A program made the position numbers and the translations under genes. A DNA stretch of 63,654 nt, the filler included, from Conidiobolus incongruus B7586 (Eukaryota): NCBI GenBank assembly GCA_000697335.1. It is 8 parts of 8 records of this genome, joined end to end, with 100 filler letters (N's around TTAATTAATTAA, not from the genome) between each part and the next. Parts side by side here need not be neighbours in the genome. Positions count along the whole stretch, not along the records: positions 42,394 to 47,710 come from JNEM01006477.1; positions 47,811 to 49,383 come from JNEM01006478.1; positions 49,484 to 59,089 come from JNEM01006480.1; 5 more parts are not named here. One strand, given 5' to 3'. The notes under the pieces were generated by a model. The model saw nothing but the letters and a program-made list of their open reading frames with translations. It did no database searches and was not told where the DNA came from. Positions 42,620-55,185 of the stretch are shown in pieces. The number at the start of each line of letters is the position of its first letter. The stretch's first letter is position 1.

Positions 42620-42712
42620 GTTGGAGGGGATTAAGCATATTATTAATCTCTGAATTACCCTGATTATCCATATTTTCTAGTCAAAATAAAGTTATATTTT
42701 ATTAATTTCAAA
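42620..42712 (+). repeat. About 93-bp dispersed repeat, inverted copy at 54707-54799
   Basis: GTTGGAGGGGATTAAGCATATTATTAATCTCTGAATTACC... matches the reverse complement of 54707-54799. Confidence 0.8.
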
Positions 42713-43559
42713 TGGATCTGTACCCTCCATAGCATATAACTCTGATGACAAAGTTTCATACACTCTACTTAATATAGATAAGATGTTTTAAATGTAAAAA
42801 CGTTTGCCACCGGCTGAGATACTGGATACCTTTGATTCATATTCACCTATGCATGCATAGTGATTACCAACGTCTATGCACGTGCCATGCGCGAATGCTA
42901 ATACAAAAATACGTTGTTGACTGGAACCAATGTGTCTGAAGCAGATTATAGCCAGCCGAAAATTCCGAATATGTACCACCACCGCCAATGGTGCAAGTGA
43001 ATGCGACATGATCGGGCTCGGTACGTCGATACCTCCTCTCAAGCTGCCAGCGTGGAAAAACCGCAATAAAAGGCTGGTTTTTACTTAGAAAATTAACACA
43101 CGTTGCTTTCTGGAGTGTGTGTTACCCATGGTAATTTTTTTAGTAATAAAGTATATACCTCATTTTTCAATATGATAAACAAATTCAATATATATCTTTA
43201 GAGAAATATGAAATCTCTTATTATATTAACATCAAATTCTCATAATTCCCCAAATAATATGATATAAGCAAATCCATAATAATATAGTTAAATAACTGAT
43301 TAACTAAATATTTTGCCAATAACTTGACAAAATATAAATAATTTACTAATAGACTAAAATTGATATAAATTAATAATAATTTTTAAAAATGTTATTATTT
43401 ATTATTGTATTTTGATATATAATTTGGATAATTAATATTAAATTTAATTTTATAAATTTTAATTTTGAAAAAATAATGTAAGTAAATGAATTTTTTAATT
43501 TTTCAATATATTATTAATTTGGAAAAATTAAATAATATTATATCAAATTAAATTATTCA

Positions 43560-44570
43560 AATAATTTTTTTTACTATTATTAAAACTTGACCTTTAACCT
43601 TTTAAAATAACTTAAGATCTATTGATAATCTATAGTATTATTATTCTATTCAAAATTGTATTTCTATTATTGGTGTTATTTGAATTTAAAATAAAATTTC
43701 AAAAATGATAATATATAAAAATTGATTTAATTTGAACTTTTACCAGAAAATAGAAAAATATATTTAAAAATATATCTTTAGTTATCAAATTATCATTATA
43801 GTTTAATATTAAGTATATAAGTAGATCATATTTAATATAGTTCTAACCCGATTTAATTAGTAAAAATACTTTATTAATATAGTATAATTCACCAAAAATT
43901 AAGAATAAAATTAAAATTAAAATAACTAAACATAATCAAAAATCATTACGATATAGCCGAAAACAAAAGTTTTTATATTAAATCATTTCTATTAGTAAAG
44001 TTTAGATAGTTCTTTACTATCCATTATTTGAAAAAACATAATATCAAGTTAAACGAAAATAATCCACTTTATAAATTAGGAAAAAGAGCATTGTATATAC
44101 TAATAAATATAAATTATTATAAAGCATTATAATAATATATGGCTTTATTATTTAATTCCTAAATATAGATCAATTAATAGCAAGTTTTATAATCCTTTTT
44201 TAATATAATAATTTCTATTTGGTGTTGCTATAATGAATTAAGGATATTTTTTATCTGAATGACTATTTCATGATAAATAAAGTTAAGAATGGAAAAAAAT
44301 TCTTTATAAAAATATAAGATGAGGCTATTATATTTAGTAAATTCTTTAGATTATAACCCATATAATAATAATTAGTTAGGATATATAAATATCTATGAAA
44401 ATATTTTTTTGGAAAAACTTAATGGGTTTTTAAAATAATAAATCATAATTTTTAATAACATAATTTTTTTTAAGAATTAATAGTTTATCAAAATTTTATC
44501 AAAAAATTAATAAAAAAAAGAATTATTAAATTTTTAATAGATTATAATAAAGAATATATAAATAGTAATT
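43560..44570 (+). mobile_element. Old diverged mariner relic M7
   Basis: Patchy collinearity with M3 (AAAACTTGACCTTTAACC; CGATATAGCCGAAAAC; TTTAGATTATAACCCATAT). Ends approximate. Confidence 0.6.
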
Positions 44571-44615
44571 GTTATATTTATTTTTAACTTATACAAATAT
44601 TTAATTATTATAATA

Positions 44616-45850
44616 TTACCTTGAATTTGGAGTAAAAGGAAATTTTTTAATTTTTGATTTTTCAAATATATTATTGGTTTTAAATAGACAAATATATACA
44701 AAACAGATAGGAAATTAAATATTTTTAAATTAAATATTTATATATATATACATATCATATTTTTTTTTGATTAAAAAACTAATTTTTCAAATTGTTTGTT
44801 TAATTTAATCATACCTAAACCAAATAATAATCATCAAATGTCTGTTATTTTAATATTAATAGAACTTAACCATAAACCCTTTAAAATCATTCAATATTTA
44901 CAAATAGCTTTTAATAATAAAGTATTATCTAAATCAACTATATATTGCTAAATTAATTACTTTAAGGTTAAAAGAGAAATTATCCAAAACTTGTTAAAAT
45001 CTAAAAAACTAATTTTAACTATCATTCTTTTAATTATTAAATATGAAAAAATATATAAAAAGTATCTTTTTATTTTAGCTAAGAAATTATCTAAATCCTT
45101 TAATATTAGTCTTATAATTATTTTATATATATTAATGTTTAAACTGAAATTAATAAATAAAAATATAAAATAGGTTTTTTATATTTAAACTAAAACTCAG
45201 AAAAAAATTAAAACAGCTATTATTAAATAAAACTTACTAAAATATAGTTAAAGACCAAAGCATTTATTATAAATTATTACAATTGATGAAACTTAGATTT
45301 TTTTGTATAATCCTTTATAAAAACACAAATGAAAGTGTTGGATTAAGTTAAATTTACATCCTCTATAAATTCTTTTATATAAATATTTTGTTAATATATA
45401 AATACTAATTATTATAATAGATTATAATAATATATGGGATTTTTATTTAGTTTCTATAAGAAAATAAATTAATAATAAGCTTTATATTGTTTTTTTATAA
45501 AAAAAATTTCTAATTAATATTTTTAATATAATTTAACAAGAATTTTTATTTTGCATAATAATTATAAAATATATAAATCTAAAATTATAAAAAAATTTCT
45601 AATCAAAAATAGCTGGAAAAAACTACCACATTTAGTATATTCCTTAGGTTATAACCCAAGTGATTATAATTGCTTTAGGTAATTAAAAAACTAGTTTATA
45701 AAAAAAAATTTATATAAAAATTTAATTAGTTTATAATATATTAACTTTTAGTTATTAATAAAAAAATTATTTTTTACATATTAAAAGTTTATCAAAAGTA
45801 TAACAAAAAGTAATTAGTAATAAATAAAACTATTAAACTAATAATATAAA
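44616..45850 (+). mobile_element. Mariner relic M2 (right TIR not seen)
   Basis: Left end TA|TTACCTTGAATTTGG. Encodes IITIDET*IFLYNP (first catalytic D at 45285) and SWKKLPHLVYSLGYNPSDY. Confidence 0.88.
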
Positions 45851-45921
45851 TATATATTTATATAATATTTTTTTTAATTTATATTATAGTATTTGAATAT
45901 TTTTTTATAAATATTAATATA

Positions 45922-47494
45922 TACTGACCTATAAAAGTGAGTTATAAAATCAAAAATATATATATATTAATTAATAACTAAAACAATTATATATATTAGA
46001 TTACTTGAAATTATAATATATAATTAAGATATATTATTTAATAATAAATAAATATATTTAGATATATATAGTAAACTATTAGCAAAAATATTAACCCTTA
46101 ATATTTAACTAAGGTGAGTCATAAATTTGCAAGTTTCTGAGATAAGGGGATATATTTAACAATATATAACCATATCTTTTTTCTCTCTTTGCTATTATTT
46201 TATATTATATTTTACAGATATACTAAATTTTTTTTATTAGTATCATTGTACCTAAATCCCTCTCTAAAAAAATCCATTTGTATATCAATTAACTTTATAA
46301 AGAAAATAAATCAACTTATGATATTGCTAGAATTACTAGTGTTAGCTAGTCTACTATAGCTAAAGTTATTAAGAATAATAATAAAGAAACATTTAAACTT
46401 AAACTTAAATGTGCTAAAATCATAGATGAATATAATAAGAAGTATATTTGTAGGTTAGTTAGTATAAGCAAGTATGGTACTGCTGTAGAAATATAACAGG
46501 AACTATAAAACTATATAGGAATATTAGTTAACATTAATATTATTATATGTATTTTATGTTAGCATAGATATCACTTATACTTTAAGAAAAAACACCCCCA
46601 ACTAAAGAAATCTTATTGTAAAGCTAGGTGGGAGTTTAAATGTCACCATTAATATTAAACTAAAACTAATTAGAGTAAAGTTATTTAGTTTAATAAAACA
46701 AAAATATATCTTAGTAAATCTGATAAAAAAGCTAGATACTTCAAAAAAGATGCAGAACTACTTTATAACCATTATGTTAATTCTACTCAAAAGTACAATA
46801 GTGGGTTAATTATTATTTAGGGATATATATTGTTTTTAGATATAGGGTATCTTTGTAAAATTAATAGGGGAATTAATATTGAGATATACTAAAGTATTCT
46901 GAACAATAAATTGAAAAAAAAACATTGAATGGTATAGGTTAAATAAATCTGATATTATTTTCTAGCAAGATAATGCTTCTTACTATACTATAGCTTCTAC
47001 TACCAAATAGCTTAAAAATAACAAGATAACAATTATGAAGTGGTTTCTTTAATCTCCTAACTTTAATCTAATTGAACACCTTTAGGATCAATTAAAAAAA
47101 GCTATTAAAGCTTTCCCCCTAGTTAAAAATTTAGATCAACTTTAGGAATATGTTCAAGAAACATAGAACAAGATTAACCCTTTTTAGTATAAGAAGTTAG
47201 TTGATTCTATACCCTACAGATTTAAAGAAGTTAGAAAATCTAAAGGTAAATACACTAAGTTTTAATTTTTTTTATCATCAAAAATCTACAAATTTATAAC
47301 TCACCCTAGGTAAAATTTAAAGGTTTATATTTTAGTTAATTAATAGCTAAATATCATTATTTAATGATATATATAGTTAATAAATATAATAGATTTTAAT
47401 TATTTAATTTAGATTTATTTCATTAAATATTAATCAAGTTATTAGTAAAAATATAAGTGTTTTTAATTTTATGACTCACTTTTACAGGTTAGTG
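45922..47494 (+). mobile_element. Full-length Tc1 (DD34E) relic copy B
   Basis: TA target duplication and TIRs (TACTGACCTATAAAAGTGAG / CTCACTTTTACAGGTTAGTG). Dead transposase 46248-47265 reads F*QDNASYYT...KWFL*SPNFNLIEHL*D; D at 46969 and E at 47074 are separated by 34 codons. Confidence 0.95.
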
Positions 47495-47496
47495 TA

Positions 47497-47710
47497 TATA
47501 TATATATTAATTTACTCTATAATAGTAATAAATTAACTTATGAAATTAATAAAATTATTAATATTAGCTAATTAAATATAATTAAAGTTATTAAGAGTAA
47601 TATTAAAGATATATTTATATTATACTTAAATATATTAAAATTATAAATAGGTATAATAAAAATATATTTATATATTAGTTAATATAGATAATAATATTAT
47701 TATAATAAAA
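47497..47710 (+). mobile_element. Fragment of an older, more mutated Tc1 transposase 5' region
   Basis: Collinear with 46285-46495 of copy B but nearly devoid of C/G. Confidence 0.7.
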
Positions 47711-47810
47711 NNNNNNNNNNNNNNNNNNNNNNNNNNNNNNNNNNNNNNNNNNNNTTAATTAATTAANNNNNNNNNNNNNNNNNNNNNNNNNNNNNNNNNN
47801 NNNNNNNNNN

Positions 47811-49311
47811 TATTAGATTACTTGAAACTATAATATATAATTAAGATATGTTATTTGATAATAAATAATTATATTTAGATATATTTAGTAAATTATTAGC
47901 AAAAATATTAATCCTTAATATTTAACTAAAATAAATTATAAATTTATAGGTTTTTGAGATAAGGGGATATATTTAACAATATATAACAATATTTTTTTTC
48001 TTTTTTTGCTATTATTTAATATAATATTTTATAGATATATTAAATTTTTTTTATTAGTATCAATATACTTAAATCCCTCTTTAAAAAAATCCATTTATAT
48101 ATTAATTAACTTTATAAAAAAAGTAAATCAACTTATGATATTGTTAGAATTACTAGTGTTATCTAGTTTACTATAGTTAAGGTTATTAGAAATAGCAATA
48201 AAGACATATTTAAATCTAAACTTAAGTGTGTTAAAATTATAGTTAAATATGATAAGAAATATATCTATAGGTTAGTTAGTATAGGTAAATGTAATATTAT
48301 TATAAAAATACAGCAGGAATTATAAAACTATATAAGAATATTAGTTAACATTAATACTATTATACATGCTTTATATTAGCATAGATATCACTTACACTTT
48401 AAGAAAAAACACCCCTAATTAAAAAAATCCTATTATAAAACTAAATGGGAGTTTAAATATTATTACTAATATTAAACTAAAACTGATTAAAGTAAGGTTA
48501 TTTAGTTTAATGAAACAAAAATATACTTTAGTAAATCTAATAAAAAAGCTAGATAATTTAAAAAAGATATAGAATTACTTTGTAAACATCATATTAATTC
48601 TATCCAAAAGAATAATAATGAGTCAATTATTATTTAGGGATATATGTTATCTTTAGGTATAAAATATCTTTATAAAGTTAATAGGGGGAATTAATATTAA
48701 GATATATTAAAATATTTTGAAAAATTAATTGAAAAAAACCATTAAATAATATGGGTTAAACAAATCTAATATTTTTTACCAGTAAGATAATACTTTTTGT
48801 TATACTATAGCTTTTACTACCAAATAGTTTAAAAATAACCAGATAATAGTTATGAAGTAGCTTACTTAATCTTTTAATTTTAATATAATTAAATATCTTT
48901 AGGATTAGTTAAAAAAAGATATTAAAATTTTCTCCCTAATAAAAAATTTAAATTAGCTTTAGGAATATATTTAAGAAGTATAGAATAAAATTAACCCTTT
49001 TTAGTATAAGAAGTTAGTTAATTTTATACCTTATAAACTTTAAAAAGTTAGAAAAGTTAAAGATAGATATACTAACTTTTAATTCTTTTTATCACTAAAA
49101 ATATACAAATTTATAACTCACTTTAGATAAAATTTAAAGATTTATATTTTAAGCAATTAATAGCTAAATATCATTATTTAATAATATATATTATTAATAA
49201 ATATAATAGATTTTAATTACTTAATTTAAGTTTATTTTATTAAATATTAATCAAGCTATTAGTAAAAATATAAGTGTTTTTGATTTTATAACTCACTTTT
49301 ACAAGTTAATA
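47811..49311 (+). mobile_element. Tc1 relic copy C (left end in gap)
   Basis: Collinear with copy B from about 45995; right TIR ACTCACTTTTACAAGTTAATA|TA. Confidence 0.92.
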
Positions 49312-49483
49312 TATTATAATAATAACTTTCATTATATTTAAAAAATTAAATGAAAATTTAATATTAGTTTAATAAGATATATANNNNNNNNNNNNNNNNN
49401 NNNNNNNNNNNNNNNNNNNNNNNNNNNTTAATTAATTAANNNNNNNNNNNNNNNNNNNNNNNNNNNNNNNNNNNNNNNNNNNN

Positions 49484-49943
49484 CTCTAGCTCTTTTTGAG
49501 CTTTAGTTAAATTATAAGATATATATTGTATATGTTTATTAATTAATCAAAGTTTAAATAATAATAAATATAATATATATAGTTAATATTAATATATCTT
49601 AATAATTTTTAATTTGAAAAAAGCTTATTATTATATTTTTAATACTATTAATAATTAAATATCAAATAAACATTATTAGTTTTTAGGTTTTAGTAAGTTT
49701 TAAATAATTTTTTTATTAAGATTAAAATAATTTCCATAGTGACAAAAAGTTAATTTAAATAAATACCATTTTTAAAAGGTAATTGAAATTATGAAAATTT
49801 TTAAAAAACTTATGACTAAGTTTTACTAATATTAAAATAAAAAACTTTTGGTGATTATTATTTATTTTGATATGGATTTTTATATAGTTTTCTGAAATAA
49901 TAATATTTTTAAACGACTTTCCATTTTTTTAATTCCAAGGTAA
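49484..49943 (-). mobile_element. Mariner relic M6 (5' part)
   Basis: TIR reads TA|TTACCTTGGAATT on the minus strand; AATTTAACTAAAGCTCAAAAA matches M3 AATTTAACTAAAGCTTAAAAA. Confidence 0.75.
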
Positions 49944-52315
49944 TATATTAAAAAATTAAATATTTTATTATTAAGGGTATAATATTTTAAAAATACTATT
50001 TAACTAATAATAAATCATTTTTATTCAATATATTTTGTAACTATATAATTGTAATATAAAATATAATAAAAACAATTTTTAAAAATAATCTCAACTATCT
50101 TAATATATTTAAATTTATATTTTAATTGAAAATAGATAGTTAATAGACTAAAATTTAAGTGAATAGATTTGATTAAGCTTTTTTAAAATTGATGAAATAT
50201 TCGAATTGATAACTCTTATATATATATATATATAATAATCAGAGTTGAAAAATAAAATTCTAAAATGTATTTAAATTTGGTTTTTCATATTATTTATAAG
50301 ATGGAGTTAGTAGCTATAATATGGATTTATATTATTATCTGATGGTTGATTTCGAAGTAATCCATATATTAAATATTAATGTTTGTATATGAATTTGGTA
50401 TATTTTATTTTAAAATGCATTAATAAATATTCCAAAATACTATCATATCAATTTTAATAGTCGCTTCGCATTTTTTTGATTTCCAACATTATTTTAATGA
50501 TTAGTTACCAAATCGAATATTAGTTTAGTTATTTGCGATATAATATCAAATATATCATCAATTTTCAAACTTAAATCATAGTATTTAATAACAATCTCGA
50601 TTCTACAATCGTTTCTCTTTTGAAATGATACAATTTAATTAATGAATTATTCTATTATATATATAATCGGATTCTGATTTCGTTTTCTTATATCAAAAAT
50701 TATTAAACTGATTAGTAGTTTTAACTGAGAACGTTATAAATAAATTGGTATTTCTTTAAAACCTCTTATTTTCCTTATATTTAAAGTTAACAACATGGGA
50801 TATTGAATTATATTTGAAAATATTTATAAAATGTGGCATTTTTAAGCATAATTAATTGGAGTTATTAACTATATTGAATTTTGTTTATATATAGAGTGAA
50901 ACTGAATTTGTATATTTAATTGTTCAATAATTTAAACAATTTTTTCCAGATTGAACCCTTTGTCAATATTATATAGCAAAGTAAAATTTGAGTTATAATT
51001 TTATCAGTATTTTTTTGAGTGCTCCATTTTGAATATAAATCGTATACAAAATTTCAAGGAAATCAAAGTTATTTTATTATGATTGCCAATTGTTAATCTG
51101 CAACTTGTATTTACAACAAGAGTTATAATAATATCAAGTTTTATTTATTCTATCAAATATTTTAATGAATATTAACCGAGACAAATCACAGACATTTAAT
51201 CTCTTGAAATATCAAAAATTGGGACATTATTTATCACAAAGAAAAAAGAGATTAATTAAAATTCCTCTTGGCAATTAGATTTGTACGCATAACTAAGACA
51301 TCACTAATTGAAGCATAATAAAATATATCAAATGAGATTTGCAATTGTATTAATATCAGAGTGGCTCAACAATTTCATTTTTAATATTTTATTACAATGT
51401 TAAAATACAATGCTTATTAATAATATTATTAATAGTATAGTTATCCTGACAATTAATACTTCGTAACTTATTGTTAATATAATACTTTTTACAAAATTAA
51501 AAATGATTTTTAAAAATGAATTTTTAAAATTAACAATAAATGGATGCTAATAATAATCATGGGTAAAATATAATGCTGTCTATTCATTGTAATCATTAAT
51601 CTAAATTCAAAATGAGAATACGTCATTTATAATAAAATAATGTTAAATAAATGGATCGGTTATTATTACAAAATAAAAAATTTACATCAGTATAATCTTA
51701 TATTAAAAGTTTTATTTGAGCAAATCTTGTGTCGCGAATTGGTTTTTTATTTATTAAGTGGATAAAATACAGAATATGACTGAATATTTTGTTCAATTTT
51801 TTAGAATATTACAAAATATAATGATATATATCTTATTTACAAAACATAAAAGTATTACTTTATAATTGAAAAAATAAAATATCTTGATACCATGTATCAA
51901 ACTAAAATAAGAATGTTGTTACTATATTATATAGCAAAAACAGTTTAGCCTTTATTAATTTTCAATTTTATAGTTTTAAAATTAATGCTATATTTATATA
52001 TTGAGTTCAAATAATGCAAACTTAGATAATTTTAATTAGTTTTGATTTCATGTATATTGCTTACTTGTTGAACAGGTATTCAAATATTATTCAAGCAAGT
52101 CATAAATTACTATTTATAGAAGCAAGTCTAATTTGAGTGGTTCAGACTGTAAACTTGAAAAATGAGATATTCTGTAGTGTGGAATCTGTAAAGAAAAAAT
52201 CTTTAAATATTACTTCATTAAAGATGTATCAGTTATTGTATATAAGGATCGCTAACCGTTTTTCTACAATTAAACACTAATTTTGTTATTTATTATAATT
52301 TTATTATTGTAAGTA

Positions 52316-52960
52316 ATGATGTTGAACCAAAAATTGAATACCGCCTTCATTATGTCTCTTATGTGCGTTCAAGCACAAACTTCAGTACCAACTAACTCTG
52401 TATCTCTCAGTGGGTCACAAATAGCTGAAACACAAACAACTAATTCTGAGGTTAATACCGAATTGTTGATTTCACCTACATCCCAATCTCTCAGTTCTTC
52501 CTCTACACCTTCTGTTGAAACATCCACTACCCAAATTATTTCTACTGCAATATTCAGCACTGATGATAGCTCTGCTACTATTTCTACATCTACGTTTCCT
52601 CCATCGCCAACTACCACAAACCAAGGAAGCTCAATCGACTTTAGTGATCCTTTGTGGGCACTCAAAGCTTTTCCTCAACTTGCAGCGATAATTAACAACC
52701 CGTTATGGGCAGCTCAGCAAGATCCCGCCTTCTGGACCAGGTGGAATGACACTAACTGGGCAGTAAGCAATTCCTGTCAGACTCCGACTGTTATTACTCC
52801 TCCCGCTCAAACTAGTGCTCATGTAGATATTACTACCGCACAATTAATTAGTTCTGCAGGTACTATCAATACTGTACTAACCCAATCAGCCACAAGTACT
52901 TCTAGCACTGATTCAGTTCAATCGAGTGTCTCTAGTGTTCAACCAAGCAGTAGTGCTTAA
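52316..52960 (+). CDS. Putative secreted Ser/Thr-rich protein with a central Trp-rich module
   Basis: 214-aa intronless ORF with coding-like GC, a signal-peptide-like N-terminus (...FIMSLMCVQA) and mucin-like S/T tracts; TATATAA near 52239. Confidence 0.75.
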   Translation: MMLNQKLNTAFIMSLMCVQAQTSVPTNSVSLSGSQIAETQTTNSEVNTELLISPTSQSLSSSSTPSVETSTTQIISTAIFSTDDSSATISTSTFPPSPTTTNQGSSIDFSDPLWALKAFPQLAAIINNPLWAAQQDPAFWTRWNDTNWAVSNSCQTPTVITPPAQTSAHVDITTAQLISSAGTINTVLTQSATSTSSTDSVQSSVSSVQPSSSA

Positions 52961-54811
52961 AAAATATTCAAATCTTATATATAAAATACTAATTATACTC
53001 TCAATATATCACTCATTATTATTAATTAATTCAAAATATTATTTTTGATTTGTTTAATCAAAATTTAATTATTTAGATTATAACAAAGAATATTCTATCT
53101 TATTATGTTTGTCAAAGTCTCAAGTATTCATAATTGGTTACTAATATCTTTATCAATTAATTCAAGTCTACATTTCTTTTGATAGATATAACCTATTGAA
53201 ATTATACAGACAAATTTAAACTTACTGAAATTTTAATGATTTTCACCAGTTACAATATTTATCGGATTTTATATTTAATATGCAAATTTGATTAATACTG
53301 CAGATCTTCTAGAAAGTAGACCTACAATAAAGATCACGTAGATTCGATAAAACGAGCCAAGGTCGACTGAAAAGATGCTTTAAAGGGTTTTATTAAAGTA
53401 TCAAGGTGTAGGGCTTGGCACTGATCAAAATGATCCCTGAGCGAATAGGTTCCCAGTGACTATTTTATAATATGGTTAGTCCTTTGCCAATATGTTGAAA
53501 CTCCAATTAGAGTTATACTCTGGAATTTTTGATTGTGCAAGGATTGTGCATGGTATTTGTGAGTAGAATACATTCAGAATTATGAAGGACGGTTTAAAAA
53601 TTGATCGGCGAGAGGACCTCCAGATCCGCAATAATACCAATCAATTAATACATTATGTAAAGAATGATTTAAGTTTCTCTTTCAAGTTGCGGTTTGAAAA
53701 TGATCAATTTTGATTGAAACTCAAATTATCACTCATATTTTAAAATATAAGTTAATTAGTATATTGATAAAAAAGCGATATTAAAAAAATTAAGACATAT
53801 AATATAAATAAAATTAAATTTTGTTATGAAAAATCAATTATTAAACAAATCATATCTTTAAATTACTGTAGTATAAATACTTTAAATTTCATTTGATATA
53901 TTGGATATTTGTGATATTCTATGATGTTCTAACCCTTATAAAACGTTTTTTACCATATAATTTGATGAGAATCATTAATTTGATTCAATATAAATTGAAA
54001 GTTACTTAAATATATTTATAATAATTATCTAAATTATTAAATATCAAATAATATTTTTGTTATAGATAGATAATAAAGATGAATTAATCAAAATGAAATG
54101 TTATTAATCAATTAATATTATAAATTTTTTCACTATATTAAATGATCAGGATAAATATGTGTAATTTAGAATTGAAATTAATCATCAAATTTTAAGTCCA
54201 CATTTAATCCAATTCAAATTGATCATATTAATTGTTATTTAAATATTAATATTCATAATTCATAAAATATAACATTTCGAAATATTAGTTTTAATAGCTT
54301 ATACTTACCATTTATTTTATTCATTTATATAATTGTATTTGTCTATTAATTATTATGATATATAAAACTATAAAATTTTTTTAATGATAATTTAATATTA
54401 GAAATATATCATCTTAATAAGCAAAAAATATAATCAAACTTTTTTCGTTACTAATATTAATTGATAGTATAATATTATAGTATATTTTGATAATTATCAA
54501 GTTATTGAAGAAAAATTTAGTTAATCAGTTATTTTACCATTTTATTATTAAAGATCTACTTAATATTATTTGGGAAACCATGAGAATTTGATGCTAGTAT
54601 ATTGAGATAATTTCTCCAAAGATATGTATTATTTTGATTTATTTTTTTAATCAAAAAAGGATGTACTTTTATGAATAATTCTAAGAACTTTGTTTAATTA
54701 ATTTATTTTGAAGTTAATAAAACCTAACTTTGTTTTGACTGTAAAATATAGAGAATCAAGGTAACTCAGAGATTAACAATATGCATAATCCCCTCCAACT
54801 AAGAGCCAACA

Positions 54812-55185
54812 TCTATTATTTTACAAAATAATATTAAAATGTATAAAGTTAAATTGATAAAAAACTTTCTATATAAATATTAGAAATAGCTACCATATCT
54901 AGTATATTCATAAGACTATAACTTTTATAATTATAAATGCTTTAAATAATTACGAATTATGCTTATAAAAATTCTTGTAAATATAATTGATATATGAAAT
55001 ATTAATTTTCAGTTTTTAGTAAAACAAATTATTTTTAGAAGTTTACCAAAAATATAAAAAAAAGTTATTGGTATTAAAAGAGGGTATTAATTTTATAATA
55101 TTTATTTATTTTTATATATTATATATTAAAAATTATGTTAAATTTTGATTTTAAAATTTTTGTGATTATTTATTCCTTATAGTAA
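54812..55185 (+). mobile_element. Old mariner 3' fragment M8
   Basis: CTACCATATCTAGTATATTCATAAGACTATAAC aligns with M3 CTACCATATCTAATATATTCTCTAGATTATAAC; collinear to the element's 3' end. Confidence 0.65.

Noticed and set aside
42788..43066. 92-aa minus-strand ORF in the GC island
   Set aside because: Starts at TTG and has no recognisable motif; likely a by-product of locally high GC.
42600..43141. Telomerase RNA, RNase P/MRP or snRNA identity for the GC island
   Set aside because: No CTAACCCT-type template or conserved-region motifs were found by eye; left unassigned.
44991..45173. 60-aa Lys/Ile/Leu-rich ORF
   Set aside because: A stop-free stretch of the mutated mariner M2 transposase frame.
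45922..47494. Alternative genetic code or stop read-through to explain TAG/TAA in the transposases
   Set aside because: Stops replace both Trp and Gln, vary between copies and come with many missense transitions; host genes use TAA/TAG as normal stops.
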